This document shows positions 1 through 12,615 of a DNA stretch of 64,000 nt, in pieces. Positions within the stretch are counted from its first letter, which is position 1. Every line of letters starts with the position of its first letter. Position numbers and translations under genes: made by a program. The notes beneath the pieces were generated by a model, which saw only the letters and a list, made by a program, of their open reading frames with translations, made no database searches and was not told the origin of the DNA. Location: positions 198,975 to 262,974 of the forward strand of contig JAPMXV010000038.1 of assembly GCA_026936335.1 (NCBI GenBank), in the 5' to 3' direction. Source of the DNA: Mantamonas sphyraenae STR306 (taxonomy: Eukaryota > Protista > CRuMs).

Positions 1-151
1 GGACTTCTTTGTCGTGCTCCAGCGCCAGGGAGGCTTCCGCGTGCCCCGCCGCCGCCGCGCTGTCGGCCGCATTGGCGCTCCGCACCGCATCACCAAGGAG
101 GAGTCTATCCGCTGGTTCCAGAAGAAGTTCGACGGTCTCGTGCTGGGCTAA
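1..151 (+). CDS. RPL11: 60S ribosomal protein L11 (uL5), 3' end only
   Basis: Frame from nt 2 reads DFFVVLQRQGGFRVPRRRRAVGRIGAPHRITKEESIRWFQKKFDGLVLG*, matching the uL5 C-terminus. Not in the ORF track because the start lies outside the window. Confidence 0.93.
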   Translation, partial: DFFVVLQRQGGFRVPRRRRAVGRIGAPHRITKEESIRWFQKKFDGLVLG

Positions 152-358
152 ATCCTCACATTTGCGCGGAAGACGTTGTTTCGAACAAAAACAGAATCCC
201 AATCCATTCCCCTTTCTGTCCATTGCGTACCGAGTGGACACTGGGCAAATCCACGTGCGTCTGTGCTTGTGAACACCCCGTCTTGCCTGTGTTTTGGGCT
301 GCGGGGGACGAGCTCGCGCCGGAGCCACCCACACCCCCCCCGCGCACACTCGTCACAG

Positions 359-1051
359 ATGGACCCGGCATCCGTGGTGATCACACATGCAAACACACCG
401 CAGGCAGAACAGATTGCAGTGCTGTACAGGCGTCTGTTGCCCGTGGTGTTGCCCGGGGCCAGGCTGAGAGTGAGCGACACCCGACTTGCTCGCCCCAATC
501 CGGTGTTCAACACCCTCACCATCGTGGCCCTCTGCATCATGGTCATGGTTGGTGTGCAGCACAAAGCCGTGTCCGCCGCGGCTGCATACTACAAGCTCGA
601 GGCGTACGCCGCGCTTGTGCTGGATAACCGCAAGCTCGTGCTGTGGACGCTCGGTCTGCTCGCCTTGCTCACCTGGTACCTGGCCAGGGCCTCGCTGGTG
701 GCCTTTGTCATCCATGACGAGGCTTCGGGGGCCATTGTGTTTGACAACGGCTCTGCAAAGCAGCTGCCGGAGCCCGAAGCGCTGTTTTCCGCCACCGCTG
801 CCTACTACCAGATTGAGAGCCTGATGGACGACGAGCTGATCGGTAGCGAGGGAGAGGAAGACGGCGACGACAACGACAGTGTGTCCGTGAGCAGCAGTGG
901 GGACGACGACGAGGCACCCGAACTCGACGAGGAAGACATGAAGCGCGTGGCTGCCCTGGTCAAGCAGCTGCAGAAGAGCAAGAAGAAGGAAGGAAAGGGC
1001 AAACCCAAGCCCAAACCATCAAAGAGCAAGCGTGCAAAGAAAGAGGATTGA
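359..1051 (+). CDS. Hypothetical membrane protein (two hydrophobic segments, acidic then Lys-rich tail)
   Basis: ORF MDPASVV... with good GC3 bias. The start is uncertain: the ATG follows CACAG, so an upstream exon is possible. Confidence 0.55.
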   Translation: MDPASVVITHANTPQAEQIAVLYRRLLPVVLPGARLRVSDTRLARPNPVFNTLTIVALCIMVMVGVQHKAVSAAAAYYKLEAYAALVLDNRKLVLWTLGLLALLTWYLARASLVAFVIHDEASGAIVFDNGSAKQLPEPEALFSATAAYYQIESLMDDELIGSEGEEDGDDNDSVSVSSSGDDDEAPELDEEDMKRVAALVKQLQKSKKKEGKGKPKPKPSKSKRAKKED

Positions 1052-1089
1052 TGTTCGTTCAGTGTGTTGAGTGCGTGGTTGGTGAATGA

Positions 1090-2546
1090 TCACACCTTCT
1101 GGTACGACAGGTTGCCCTCCAACTTCTTGGCCTCGGCAACCTTGCGTACGGCCTTCATAAAGTCGTCCTCGACGACAAAGTCCTTGCCGGCTGTGATGGC
1201 AAGGAGGCCTGCCTCGGTGCAGACGTTGCGCAGATCGGCGCCATTGAAGTTCTCCGCCAGCTTGACGACGGCGTCAAAGTCGACGTCGCCGTGAGTGGTG
1301 ATGGTCGACGCGTGAATCTTGAGGATTTCCGCACGTGCGCTCTCGTTGGGCAGAGGGATTTCAATCTTGCGGTCGAGACGGCCCGGACGCAGCAGGGCAG
1401 GGTCCAGCACGTCTGGACGGTTGGTGGCCATGATCATTTTGACCTTGCCCAGTGTGTCAAAGCCGTCCATTTGGTTGAGCAGCTCCATGAGGGTGCGTTG
1501 GATCTCACGGTCGGCCGAGGAGCCTTCGGAGAAACGGCGTCCGCCAATGGCATCGATTTCGTCCATAAAGATGATGCAGGGCTCGTGGTCACGCGCATAC
1601 CCAAACATCTCGCGGATCACGCGCGCCGACTCGCCAATGTACTTGTCCACAATGGCCGACGAGACGACCTTGAGGAAGGAGCACTCCATGTTGCTCGCAA
1701 TGGCCCTGGCCAACAGGGTCTTGCCTGTGCCCGGCGGGCCGTACAGAAGCACACCCTTGGGCGGTTTGATGCCCTACACGCAGAAACAGCTCCGGATTGG
1801 TGAGAGGCAGCTCAATCACCTCGCGGATCTCTCGTGTTTGTTCACTCAGACCTCCAATGTCGTTGTAGTCCACCTTGCCCGGGTCCTCGTCCAGCATCTT
1901 GAACACCAGCGGGTCCACCTCACGCGGCAGAATGCGCATGATGGTCAGAGTGGTGATGTCCAGCGTCACACGCGTGCCACCCGTCAGTTTGCTGCGGTCC
2001 ACCTTGCGGCGGCAGCCCACCACGTAGCGCGGCCCAGACGACGCCTTGACAATGACTGTGGTGTGCATGTGTGTGTGTATGCATGGCAGGGTGTGTGTGC
2101 GTGTGTTAGTCGCCGTGTGTGGACATGTGATCAACCACGCGTGTGTATGTGGGCGAGAACGGAAAACGTCGCGCCAATTCCAATTCCGCTCTGCTGCTGG
2201 AAACGCACACTTCTCCTCGCTCAGCTGGCGCAGCACCTCGCCAATGATCTGGCCCACACTCTGCAGGGCCTTGAGGTCACGCTCGCTCTTGTCCACCAGT
2301 GTCTGCATCTCCTGCACCTTGTCGCGCTTGGTGCGCATCCGCGCGTCCCATTCCTTGTGCTGCCGCAGCTTCTTCTTGTACTCCAGCAGAGCTCGCGAGC
2401 GGTCGTCCTGTGCACATCCACGTGTGTCAGCACCATACAAGGTCCCACTCACATGGGAGGCAACCAGTCTTGAGGGTAGGCTGCCCTCGTCAGGCAGGAA
2501 GCCGGCGGCGGAAGTGGAACGACGGGAGGGCAAAGGAACTGACCAT
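1090..2546 (-). CDS. PSMC6: 26S proteasome AAA-ATPase Rpt4 (S10B)
   Basis: Motifs [44 protein letters not shown]. Inferred ATG-only exon 2546-2544, introns 2543-2408 and 2208-2056. One extra G at about 1772 shifts the frame. Confidence 0.95.
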
Positions 2547-2608
2547 GGTTTTGACTGCGTTTGCCGACGCAGAAAAAGCCGCCGCCGCCGCAACTGACAC
2601 AACACACC

Positions 2609-3281
2609 ATGATCCGGTTCATCTTGGTGCAGAACAGGCAGGGCAAAACCCGTCTGGCCAAGTACTACATGCCGTTTGTGGAAGATGAGAAACGCCAGCT
2701 GCAGGGAGAGATCAGCAAGATTCTCAAGGCCCGCAGTTCGCGTTGGAGCAACTTTGTCGAGGTATGGATAAGCTGGTGGGCAGGACACAGCAGGTGGCAT
2801 TCGCCCATCTGCCATACGCCCCCGTCGATGGTTGTCCGATGCCGTCGGCGTCCGTGCTGAAGGCAGGCGGACGCTTGAAGGCGGACGGAGGGCTTTTTCC
2901 CAGGGGCGTCGCTGCAACTCGAAGAGCAAAACGGCAAGTACTGACACAGGAGAGGGACGCGCGGACACCCCCTCATACACCGTCACACAGTATCGCAATT
3001 ACAAGATTATCTATCGCCGCTACGCTGGCCTGTACTTCTGCTGCTGCGTGGACAGCAGCGACAACGAGCTGGTGATTTACGAAATCATTCACTTCCTGGT
3101 GGAGGTGCTGGACCAGTACTTTGGCAACGTGTGCGAACTGGACCTGGTGTTCAACTTTTTCAAGGTGTATCAAATCCTGGACGAGATCATCCTCACGGGC
3201 GAGGTGCAGGAGACCTCGCAAGTCAAGATTCTCCAGCGCATGGAGTGGCTGGACAAGCAGGAGAACGGCAAGGGCAAGTGA
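2609..3281 (+). CDS. AP2S1: AP-2 complex subunit sigma
   Basis: [20 protein letters not shown]...NFVE|[16 protein letters not shown]...[11 protein letters not shown]. Intron 2762-2990. Confidence 0.9.
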
Positions 3282-3418
3282 GCTCACCATGCGCTCGGCC
3301 TGCAAGCGACAGCATCCCACGCACACAGACACAGATACAGACACACAGACACACAGACACATGCACAAAGAGGAGTCGCAAAATGAAAACGTTCATGGTT
3401 TCCGCCGCCGCCGCAGGT

Positions 3419-4626
3419 TCACAGGGCACACTGACGCATCGTTTGCACCTCATGGTGGACCAGCAGACGCAGATGGGTGCTGGGTATCCTTGGCCTGCGA
3501 GCCCATGCCACACACAGCATCAGGTGGCCCGTGTGCAACACGTCCACCTGTACACCGTCCATACATACACGCAACGTGTCCACCGTGTCTCCAAACAACT
3601 GTGCCACTGCATTGGCCTTGTGGATGACCGTGTGCAAATGCAACAGCAGCACATCTTGCTCCGTGCCATCCTCCAAGGACGGGACGAGGACACTGGTGTC
3701 GGCTGCCTCTATCATGCCCTGCACCCTCTCTTGCTCTGCATTGTACCCATCCTGGGCTTTGAATTGCCACCATTTGCGCTGTGGTTTCCTCCATGCCACA
3801 CGGCGGCCAGTGTTGCTGCTACTGCTGCTGTTGCTCTGCGGTCCTTCTAGACCTGCCTCCTGCACCTCGCCTGATCGTGCCCCGGGGGTTTGGGGTGTGC
3901 TGGGTGTGCTGGGTGTGACTGGCACCACAGACATGCCCATTCCTGGACGTGGACTTGCCGGAGCAGCGCTGTGGACGACCTGAGGCACTTGCCGAGCTCC
4001 ATCCTGCAGCTGCTTGGCTGCGTGTTCGCCATGGCGGAACGCATGGATCCACAGCACGTCACCATGCTCACTTAAGATACTATGTACACGTGAGCAGGCG
4101 CGTTCCATGCTGCTGCGCTGAAGCTGTGGCATCACACGCGCAAATTTGCGGAACCGTTTTGTGGCGTTGAACTGAGCCGCTCGCAACCTCGTCTCAAACT
4201 TGGCCACAAAGAGACGCGCCAGCTCATCGGCCAGTGCACATGCAAAATGGCTCTGCTTCACGTCGCCAATCACAATTGCAGTGATGTTCAACTCGTGGGC
4301 CTCGGAAAAGGCCACGCAACACGACTCGCCCGCCTTCACCAGCCGCAACTCACCGTCAGCCACGGATTCCCGTGCCATGGCCGACATGGCGAGCAGAGGC
4401 ATCACCAAATGCATCCCCTGTGTAAAAGCGTCCCGAGCTGTTGCATGGGGTGCACTTTGTGTCAACGTGGGAAGCCCCACCCACGAGAGGCATCAGCAAC
4501 CCCAATACACTTACTCCCTTGCCCAGCACTGTTGGATCCCATCGGAATGCCATAGTTGGCACTGTATCGTGCTGCATACAATAGGGCGCCGTGTTTGGCT
4601 GCCACCACCAGGACGCCGTGAACCAT
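3419..4626 (-). CDS. Longin-domain-like protein
   Basis: Exon 1 MVHGVLVVAAKHGALLYAARY joins via intron 4514-4438 (GTAAGT..CAG) in frame to ORF 3419-4480. The pattern of strands and helices is longin-like (inference). Confidence 0.55.
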
Positions 4627-4674
4627 TGCTGGGGCCATCGCGCCGTCGCGCCAAAACCAAACGGCCAACGGAGA

Positions 4675-5005
4675 ATGGACAGCGACAAGACCACGGCCTA
4701 CTTTACGCTCAACAACAAGCTTGAGAAACTGAGCCAGTCCATGAACACCCTGCAGGGAAACATGGACATGGTTGACGAGATCAACTACAACATGACGTCC
4801 CTTGGACTGATCCTGGGCTCGATGTGGGTTTGGCGCCGGATTTTGCTGCGTTCGAACCAAACACCGCCGCTGCACACAGAACGGCCAACTGACACACGCC
4901 ATTCACTGCACACGCCTCCTCCCACATGCACACAGGTCGACCGCATCTCAAGGTCTGAGCATGTGGAACGACGCATCTGGCGCCATCGCACCCGTCAGCA
5001 AATGA
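4675..5005 (+). CDS. Small coiled-coil protein, possibly DASH/Dam1 subunit Hsk3/Dad2-like
   Basis: About 72 aa MDSDKTTAYFTLNNKLEKLSQSMNTLQGN...LGLILGSM|STASQGL. Intron 4824-4935. Resembles the Hsk3 pattern by eye only. Confidence 0.4.
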
Positions 5006-5168
5006 ACAGAATCCCCCCCCTTGCGCACACGTCAGCCCCGTTGTGCTCTCACACCGGAGAAACATGAGCCGAAAGCCGTCTTGCACTGTGTCTTGGGCTC
5101 CTGGGAGGTCATAGGACTCGTTGGAAACGTGTGTGCCGTGGCCCTATGCGCATGCAGGGGCAAAGGAA

Positions 5169-7980
5169 ATGGGTTTGGAGATCGTCGCCGCCGATCTGTT
5201 TACAGATCACACCATTCGGGCGGAGTTTTCCGACGGGTTGATTATGGAACTGTCTGCGCGAGCGACAGAGTTCCTTCTGGTGGGCCAGGGCAAGATCCAG
5301 CACTTTCGGACGCAGTTTGTGCTGAGCGAACACCGCGAGCGTCTGCAGATGTTGCTGCAGTTTCGCAACACACACACAGAACCCATATTTATTCACCGTC
5401 CATTGCTTCTGGACGCCCAGTCACGCATCGACGAGGAGCGTGTGTTTGTGGTGCGTTGATGCTGCTGCGTGGTAGCGTGGCGTAGGCTATGCGAGGCGGG
5501 AGATCCGTTTGAGCGCGCGCTCACCTTGTTGGTCGGTACCACACACACACACCCACAGATGCGACGTCATGTGCGCACCGCACGCTTTCCCAGCTCATTG
5601 GACGCTGCAGAGCGCTACCATCTGGGAGTGGACATCCAGGTGCACGATGACGAGTCCATCGAGCTGACCTGCCTGGACGGCTTGACGACCCTCGTCCTCA
5701 GCGCACATTCGCACTTTGTACACATCCGCTTCCCTTTGTGTGTCGGCGCCACTGTGTGTCGATACGACCAGCATGCACTGGGAGGCTTGTCATTCCGAGG
5801 CAAACATGCCCAGAGCAGCGAGGAGGAGCTGCTGGGACGGACGCCTCTTGCGCCGAAGCAGGTGCAGTATGCACCAAAGCACAGCTCCAGCTCCTCCAGC
5901 TCCTCTTCATCCCATGCTGCGTCCTCTTCCACGCGTGTGCTGTTTGACGACCTGACCCAGGACCAGGAGAACTTTGAGGAGGTTCCGTCGCCGCTGTTTG
6001 ACTTTCAACGCGTTCCACAAACCTACAGCCGTGGCCGCAGCAACCGCATGCTGGACACCACCTACGACTATGTGTGGATGACCCAGTTCTTTCCCGTGGA
6101 CATGGTGCCTGCACGGTGGCAGACGCCGTTGGGCATTTTGCTGCAGATGAAGCAACGCGTTCAGCAGCAGACACACGAGCGCGGGGTACAGAAGGACATG
6201 GAGGCTCAGAAGGAAGCAGAAAAGGAACAGCAAGGGTTGATTGAGGGGGAGGAGGATGAGGAGGATGAGGAGGATGAGGAGGCGGAGCACAGTGTCGTGG
6301 AATCCCCGGAGGAGGAAAGCGAATCGAAAGCATGGTGGCGACGAACTGTTGGGATTGATCGGCAGCCTGGGTGAAGCCATGATGAGGCCACACACGAAGC
6401 AACAACAAGATCGCAAAGAGAGCGATGAGGGAGCACAGATGGAGCGGACAGAGGAGCAGCAGGAGAGACACTCAGGAGGGGTGGAATTGGATTGGATGCC
6501 AGATCTGGTCAAAGACGAGCTGGTGGTGCACGTGCGACTGCCCGAGGTGGCCAACGATCCGTACGGGGGACCCGAGGCGCCGGAATACCTGGCACGGCAG
6601 CAGAAACTGAAGCACTACACGTTGAGCACGTGGAAGAGTGTGTACCTGACTCACGCGGACGACCGCGTGATCAAGCTGCGCTGGACGGCCGAGGCCATGC
6701 TGTACTGGCGCCAGGACATGGATGCCATCGGCGTGGTGGTGTCTCAGGATCACTCGTACATGGAGCTGTACACGCTGACAAGTGAGCATGCGGGCCGCAG
6801 CGATTCGTTTGCACGGCACTACAAGCTGGAGGACCGCGGCGAGTACACACTGCATCATATCGACTCGATGCACCTTGACGACATTGGACTGCACCGTCCG
6901 TCCTTTCAAACCTACTTTGTGATGTTTGGTCGCACGATACGCGCCGCACAGCTGTTCCGCGAGACTGTCGGCGAACAGGTGCGCTACGAAGGCCTTTGTC
7001 GACTCGTGAAGCGGCAGCAGCGACACGAACGCAAGATGAAAATGCTGGACGAGGTGGTGCCAGGTATGTCGGCGATGGTGGATGACACGTCCGACGACAG
7101 CGACGACGACGATGGCGTGTGGGCGGATGAAGAGGATTGGCTGATGGGCACGGTGCACCTGGAGGACATGTTTGAAACGGACCCGGAAACTGGCGAACGA
7201 AGGGTGAGACGGCCACACAGGGCACGAGGAGGAAGCAGCAGTGGTAGCAGCATCGGCGGCAGCAGTGGCAGCAGTGGCAGCAGCAACGGCAAGGGAAAGA
7301 CAGCACAGCGGGCAATGGCACACGGGCACGCCGGACAGGCGGCGCAAGGCAAGCGTGCAGTTAGGGCTGGCAAGCACAAGCTGTACAGTGCAGAAGTAGT
7401 GGATCGGGAGACGCTGGAAGACGGGAGCGAAGCACGTGCGATGGCAGACGGACGGATCGCCATCCGCTTTGCCGACCGCACGCTGTTGCGGATGGACGCG
7501 AAACGGGCCACGGTGGAAGTCACGCTGCCAAACGGACAGACGGTGGTGCGCAGTACGAATGACCCGAGGGGTGTGGAGGGCTACGTGGTGGCAGCGCTGG
7601 AGTACGCACGGTGGGCGTTCTACAGCGACGACGAGAAGGAGCAGGAGCAGGCGCAGATCCTGCAGTATCTGGACGAACAGGCAGAGATCGAATACCTTTT
7701 GGCGCGTCTGCGTGTGTATGTGGGCATGCAGCGTGTGGCCGTCAAGGGCATCGACATGCATTGGCGTGAGGTGCACCAGATGGCTGAACGCGGCCCAGAC
7801 GACGTATACCACGACACGCAGTGGGAGTATCTCAAGACGGAACGGCATCTGGCCAGTTCGCAGCGGGTCATTGAACGCGCGCGGCGCTGGCTGGACAAGG
7901 ACAACGAGGAGCCAAGCGACAACAGCACATCCACCACGATCGCCGCGTTTGGCAACCGAGATTCCCATGTCGAGCAGTAG
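5169..7980 (+). CDS. C5orf34-like protein
   Basis: N-terminus LFTDHTIRAEFSDG..LSARATEFL..RTQFVLSEHRERLQMLLQFRN and C-terminus ADGRIAIRFADRTLL..TLPNGQ..YV resemble C5orf34. Intron 5451-5558; apparent extra A at about 6327. Confidence 0.7.
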
Positions 7981-8491
7981 CGTCAGCACAAATGAATCCA
8001 GTGAGCAGGAGCAAAGCAACCTCACTCAGGAGGAGCAATGGGCCCAAGAAGATGCTGCAGAGATGGCAAAGGAGCTGGATCGCCAGTTCAAGGAGATGTT
8101 TGGCGACGCGGTAAGCGTTGAGTTTGTCGACGGCCTGCAACCGCTGCACATCCCTGCAGTGGCCACCAGTACAAGCACGCCTCGCATGAGCAGTGCTGCC
8201 ATCGTCACTCTCGCCGAAACCTATGCCCAGGTGTACACGCATGCCCAGGTGGCCCAGTTTGAGGGCTGGGCACCGGTGGACGACGGAGGCGAGCCCCTGG
8301 CCGACGATGACTTGGTGGCTGTCAGCCACGAGCTCAAAGCCTACCGTGGTTCCATCCTCGATTCGTCCAAGCTGTTGTTTGAACCCAGCCAGCAGCAGCA
8401 GGCCGCATGGCAGGAGTTTCTCACAACCACTCTCAACTTTGAGGTACCTTCGGATCTCGTGGAGGAGGGCAATCTAGTGCCCGTCAAGTAG
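7967..8491 (+). CDS. Acidic hypothetical protein (or frameshifted continuation of the upstream gene)
   Basis: Coding-like ORF MSSSSVSTNESSEQEQ... Its ATG overlaps the last 14 nt of the upstream CDS. Confidence 0.45.
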   Translation: MSSSSVSTNESSEQEQSNLTQEEQWAQEDAAEMAKELDRQFKEMFGDAVSVEFVDGLQPLHIPAVATSTSTPRMSSAAIVTLAETYAQVYTHAQVAQFEGWAPVDDGGEPLADDDLVAVSHELKAYRGSILDSSKLLFEPSQQQQAAWQEFLTTTLNFEVPSDLVEEGNLVPVK

Positions 8492-8518
8492 TGAATTTTC
8501 ATGTAGACGTCATGTGCC

Positions 8519-11298
8519 TCACAAAATCTCTTCCTCTTCCGATGCTCTGCTGCTTGTGCTTTCACGTCGACCCTGACGCTGAAGACGGCGTTGGCGACGT
8601 CTCTCCTGCACTCTGTCTGCCAGCACCTTTTGCTCCTCATCCATGCTCAAGCGACGCGAGTTGCGTGCCTCTTGCGCCTGCAGCATCTGTTGCTCGATGA
8701 GCATGCGCGCTCGATCGTCGTGATCCTGTGGCGTGGTTGGATCCATGTCTGCACCCATGGTGGACACGCTGAATACCTTTCGTGGTGTCGATGTCGATGT
8801 GCCAGCCGCGCCGACCCCACCTCCGTGGAAAAATACGTCTGTAGATGCGTTGCGGGGCGAGTTGAGCACGGTCGGATGTTGGGATACAGGCAACCCCTTG
8901 GTTGCCTGACGCATCTGCCTGCGTTCCTTGAGACGCTGCTGCAGTCGAGTTTGGTACTTGATGCGTGCCTTTTGCAGCTGTGCCTGCCGATTGGCCTCCT
9001 CCTGGCGCAGCAGGTGGAGCATGTCCGCCACCTCGAGATCAAACTGCTGCTCGTCCATTCGCTGCCGTGCACCCTCCAACAGCCGTTTCAACTTGGCTTG
9101 TGTGCGCATCTGGCTGTGCAACGAGTACAGACTCTGCTCGCTCTCGTATTCCCTGCGTTCAGATTCATGGTTCTCGCGCAGCTGTTGAAGAAATTCGGCG
9201 CGGTGCTGGGGATCCTCGCGTCCCCCCGCACCATGGCGTTCAGACACACCCGCCAACGAATTGTCCCGAATCCTCTGTGCTGCCTGGATGCCACGCACAA
9301 ACTTGCGCAACACGCCCGCGTGCATCGTGTTGACCTCCTCCGACGCGTCCAGATCATCCACCACCGAACCCACCACTTCGGTGTTGCCATTCTGGTGGAC
9401 CCCCGACGACGCAAATACGTGTGGCTGCACTTTGTGCTTGCCACGTCGGCCTTGCGCGAGCACACGGCCATGGATGGCTCGACGTGATCGCAGTTTGGCG
9501 TTGTTCTTTCGAAGCTTGGGCGAGTTCAAATGCACCTGGCGTGGCTCCTCACCTTGTTCCACGTCCCATGCATCGTCGCCCTCGCTTTCTTGACCACCGC
9601 TGCTGTCGTCTGGTTGCAGTCTGCGCTGCCAAGGTGTGGTGCCTCCGCCTCCCAAGCCCGTTTCCGGCTCGCCTGCCTTGCGGACCGGCCCCACGGGCTT
9701 GATGCTGTGTTTGCCTCTGTTCTTGATTGTTCTGGCCTTGGACCGGGAAAAGTGCATGCCCAACCGCTCTGCCGGGTCGTCGTGCAGACGGATCTGCTGC
9801 ATGCGCGAGTAGCCGCTGGAGTGTTGCGAGCGCCACAGAAACACGCTCAACAGCACCGCGGCGGTGCTGGAAAGCACAATCGCCACAATGATGGGCACAC
9901 TGAGTGTATCTGAAGCCACGGCAGCCGGTGTGTGCACCTGGCAGGCCACCCCAGAGTACTGTGCCTCACACGTGCAAAAAAACTCGTTTCGCGCAAAAAC
10001 ATTCACGCGCTTGCCGCATGTTCCGTGGCCCGAGCAGTCGTCTGGACACACGGTCCATGTGAAATGTGCCAGTTTCTGTGAGGTGTCCAGATCCAGCACG
10101 CCCTTTGTCGTCCTGCGCGTGTACCGGTCGCCGTTTTCTTCCGGCGCCGTTCCGTTGAACCGGCCCATGTCCACGTACGACGCAGCAGGACGAGGTCGTA
10201 GCGGATGCGTGTTGTCTGATGCTGCAAATTCGAATTCTATGAGGTGCGTGTGTGTGTGTGTGTGTGTGTGTCAGTGCGGCCGCTCTTTGTACGGAAAACG
10301 AAGAATCTCGTGTAACTTCTCGCGCCTCAATCACCACCGCGCAAGCGATGGAGCCAACGCGGGACAGCCTGTGGGCATCAACGAAGCATATAGCACACCC
10401 TCTTTGCACCATCGACATCGCTGCATGGCCCGGTGGCTTGCCACGGCCGCATTCTGCGGTGTGGAAACGACTCCAAACGAGGAAGTTCTGCACAGCGGAA
10501 TGGAAAGCACTTACCTCCCCAGCCAGCGCTTTCAAAGCCCCACAGGAAAGTGGCAAACCAGGCGTAGTGCCAACGAGCGTCATCGTAGTCGCCAACGCTG
10601 CCGGCTGTGGTCACAGTGGCCACCTTGATGCCTGTGCCGAGGGTCCGGTTGTACGCCTTGAAGGCCTTTTCCCGCCAGGCTACAGGCGAGCGGTAGTTGC
10701 CCAGGGACACTGTATAGGACTCGAGCAGTAGCCAATCGCCACTGCGCAGTCTGTGTGCGGCTGCTGTGGGGTTTGCATTCGGGTAAAGCGAGTCCGGGTC
10801 GGGCGAAAGGACGTCGTCTGGGTCCCAAGGGTTCCAGAACGCCGCCAGACCCTGGCTGTGCACGTAATCGGCGACGTCGTTCTGATGCAGTCGCGTGACA
10901 CCAAAGTCGTACCCTGCATTGTCGAGAAAAATGCCGGACACGCCCATGGCCTTCCACAAGTCTGTGTGGTCGCGGAGATACGTGATGCCGTCGGGGTGAT
11001 CCAAAGCAATGTAGCCGAATAGCAGCACGTCTGCATTGTTCCCCTTTAATTGTGCAATCATTGTTTTTGTGTTGTCGTGATCTGCATGGCTGGACGTCTC
11101 CAGCAGAGCCGCAAACACAATAACGTCGTACTGGCTGTATCGGGCAAACGCCGCCGTCAGGTTGCCCGCACTGCCATCAATGAGCGACGGGTAGCCGTAA
11201 TACACGGCCAGCTTAGACGGACGTGCATCCGTGCTGCTGGGGCCCAGCACTGCTGCACATGCAGCCGCTAGGGTGAGCAGCACCAGGAGCCTCCACAT
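8519..11298 (-). CDS. Type I membrane protein: signal peptide, TIM-barrel glycoside-hydrolase-like domain (spherulin-4/GH135/GH114-like), EGF, TM, coiled-coil tail
   Basis: Motifs YYGYPS and GVSGIFLDNAGYDFG. Intron 10514-10237 joins GWG|EFEFAAS in frame. EGF CPDDCSGHGTC..CTC..YSGVAC; TM VPIIVAIVLSSTAAVLLSVFLW. Confidence 0.75.
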
Positions 11299-11431
11299 CG
11301 GAAGGTCCGTTTCAGCTTTTTTGCGAGAAAAGGTTTGGCTTCATCCGAGCTGGGCTGAGCAGCCGAATGCGATTGCGAAAGAGCAACAAGGGTGTTTGTT
11401 CGGATGCATTCTCCGTTTCGTCGACGCACCT

Positions 11432-12570
11432 TTACACGGCCTTGCTCGAGGCACCCTTTCCATGGATTGGCTCGCAGTTCACGTTTGTTTCGCCACGCCA
11501 GAAGGGCATAAACTTTTCCCGCAGAAAGTTGCCGAAGCCCATGGCGAGGCCACACAGGCTCCAGAACTCCATGAACGTGATGAATGCAAAGATGGTGGGC
11601 AGCTTCGGTGTGCGCGGGCTGTCCCCGTACAGCCACGTCGCCGTTGCGTACACGGCCTCGCGCGCAAAGATGTTGATGCCGTACAGAGTATAGGCCATGA
11701 GTTGGTACCACACGTGTTTCTGTTGGCGCAAAGGCGAGGCGGGGCATGAGCAAGTGGGAACTGGGGGGGAAGGGGAAGGCAAGTACGTCGCGAGTCACGT
11801 ACACGCACACATGCACACACTCAGGATACCACACGCTCACTTTCTCACTCTCACACACTTACTTTGCCGATGCCGAAGCAGTGGGAGAGAAAAATCATCC
11901 ACTGGTGCACGAGAAAGGTGCCGGTGACGGAGAAGTGGCCGCGATTGTGCGGTTCGATATAGACGACGTAGGCCATCATTAGGATTCGGATGAGATGATG
12001 GACAGAGTAGAACATGAGAGTGCGCACAGCACGACGTACGTATACGTACATGTCGGCCAAAGAAAACACAAAGTAGACCAGCAGCACTTTGTTGATCACC
12101 GAAAACAGGTGTACTGTGAGCATGCCATCGGCCCCAATGTCATGTCAATGAGCAAGTGAGTGTGTGTGTGTCAGTATTCTAGCCACATGCCACGACGGCA
12201 CGGCACCACACTGCCTTGTGTGCGTCCCAGCTGCGCTCCCGTCCGGAAAGCGCCCTCGCGGAGAGAAACAACGTGTGTGACAATTCGTGCATGACGTACC
12301 CCTATGGAATCCGTAGAACCAGGGAATGTCGTCACGATAAAAGTCACCCCGTGCACATGCGTACACCCAGATGAGCGATGCCAGCGCCACAAAGGCGAGG
12401 TTGCAGCAGTTGATGGCGTGAATCATCTGCTTCTCCGTCGTGTGCCACCAAAGAAGTTGGATGGCCGGGCTGGAAACGATCGACGAGTCGGTCATTGAGC
12501 TGTGTTTGCTGTCTCCGCCTTTGTCGTCACTGCTGAGCAGCACATCGTTGGGGAGAGACTTGGTGCCCAT
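11432..12570 (-). CDS. Multi-pass membrane protein, TLC-domain-like
   Basis: Three hydrophobic exons joined by introns (about 12299-12114 and 11862-11720). HHL motif; family is tentative. Confidence 0.55.
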
Positions 12571-12615
12571 CAAGCGGTTGTGTTGGCTAGCCCGGGGGCC
12601 GCCAATCAACCCCAA

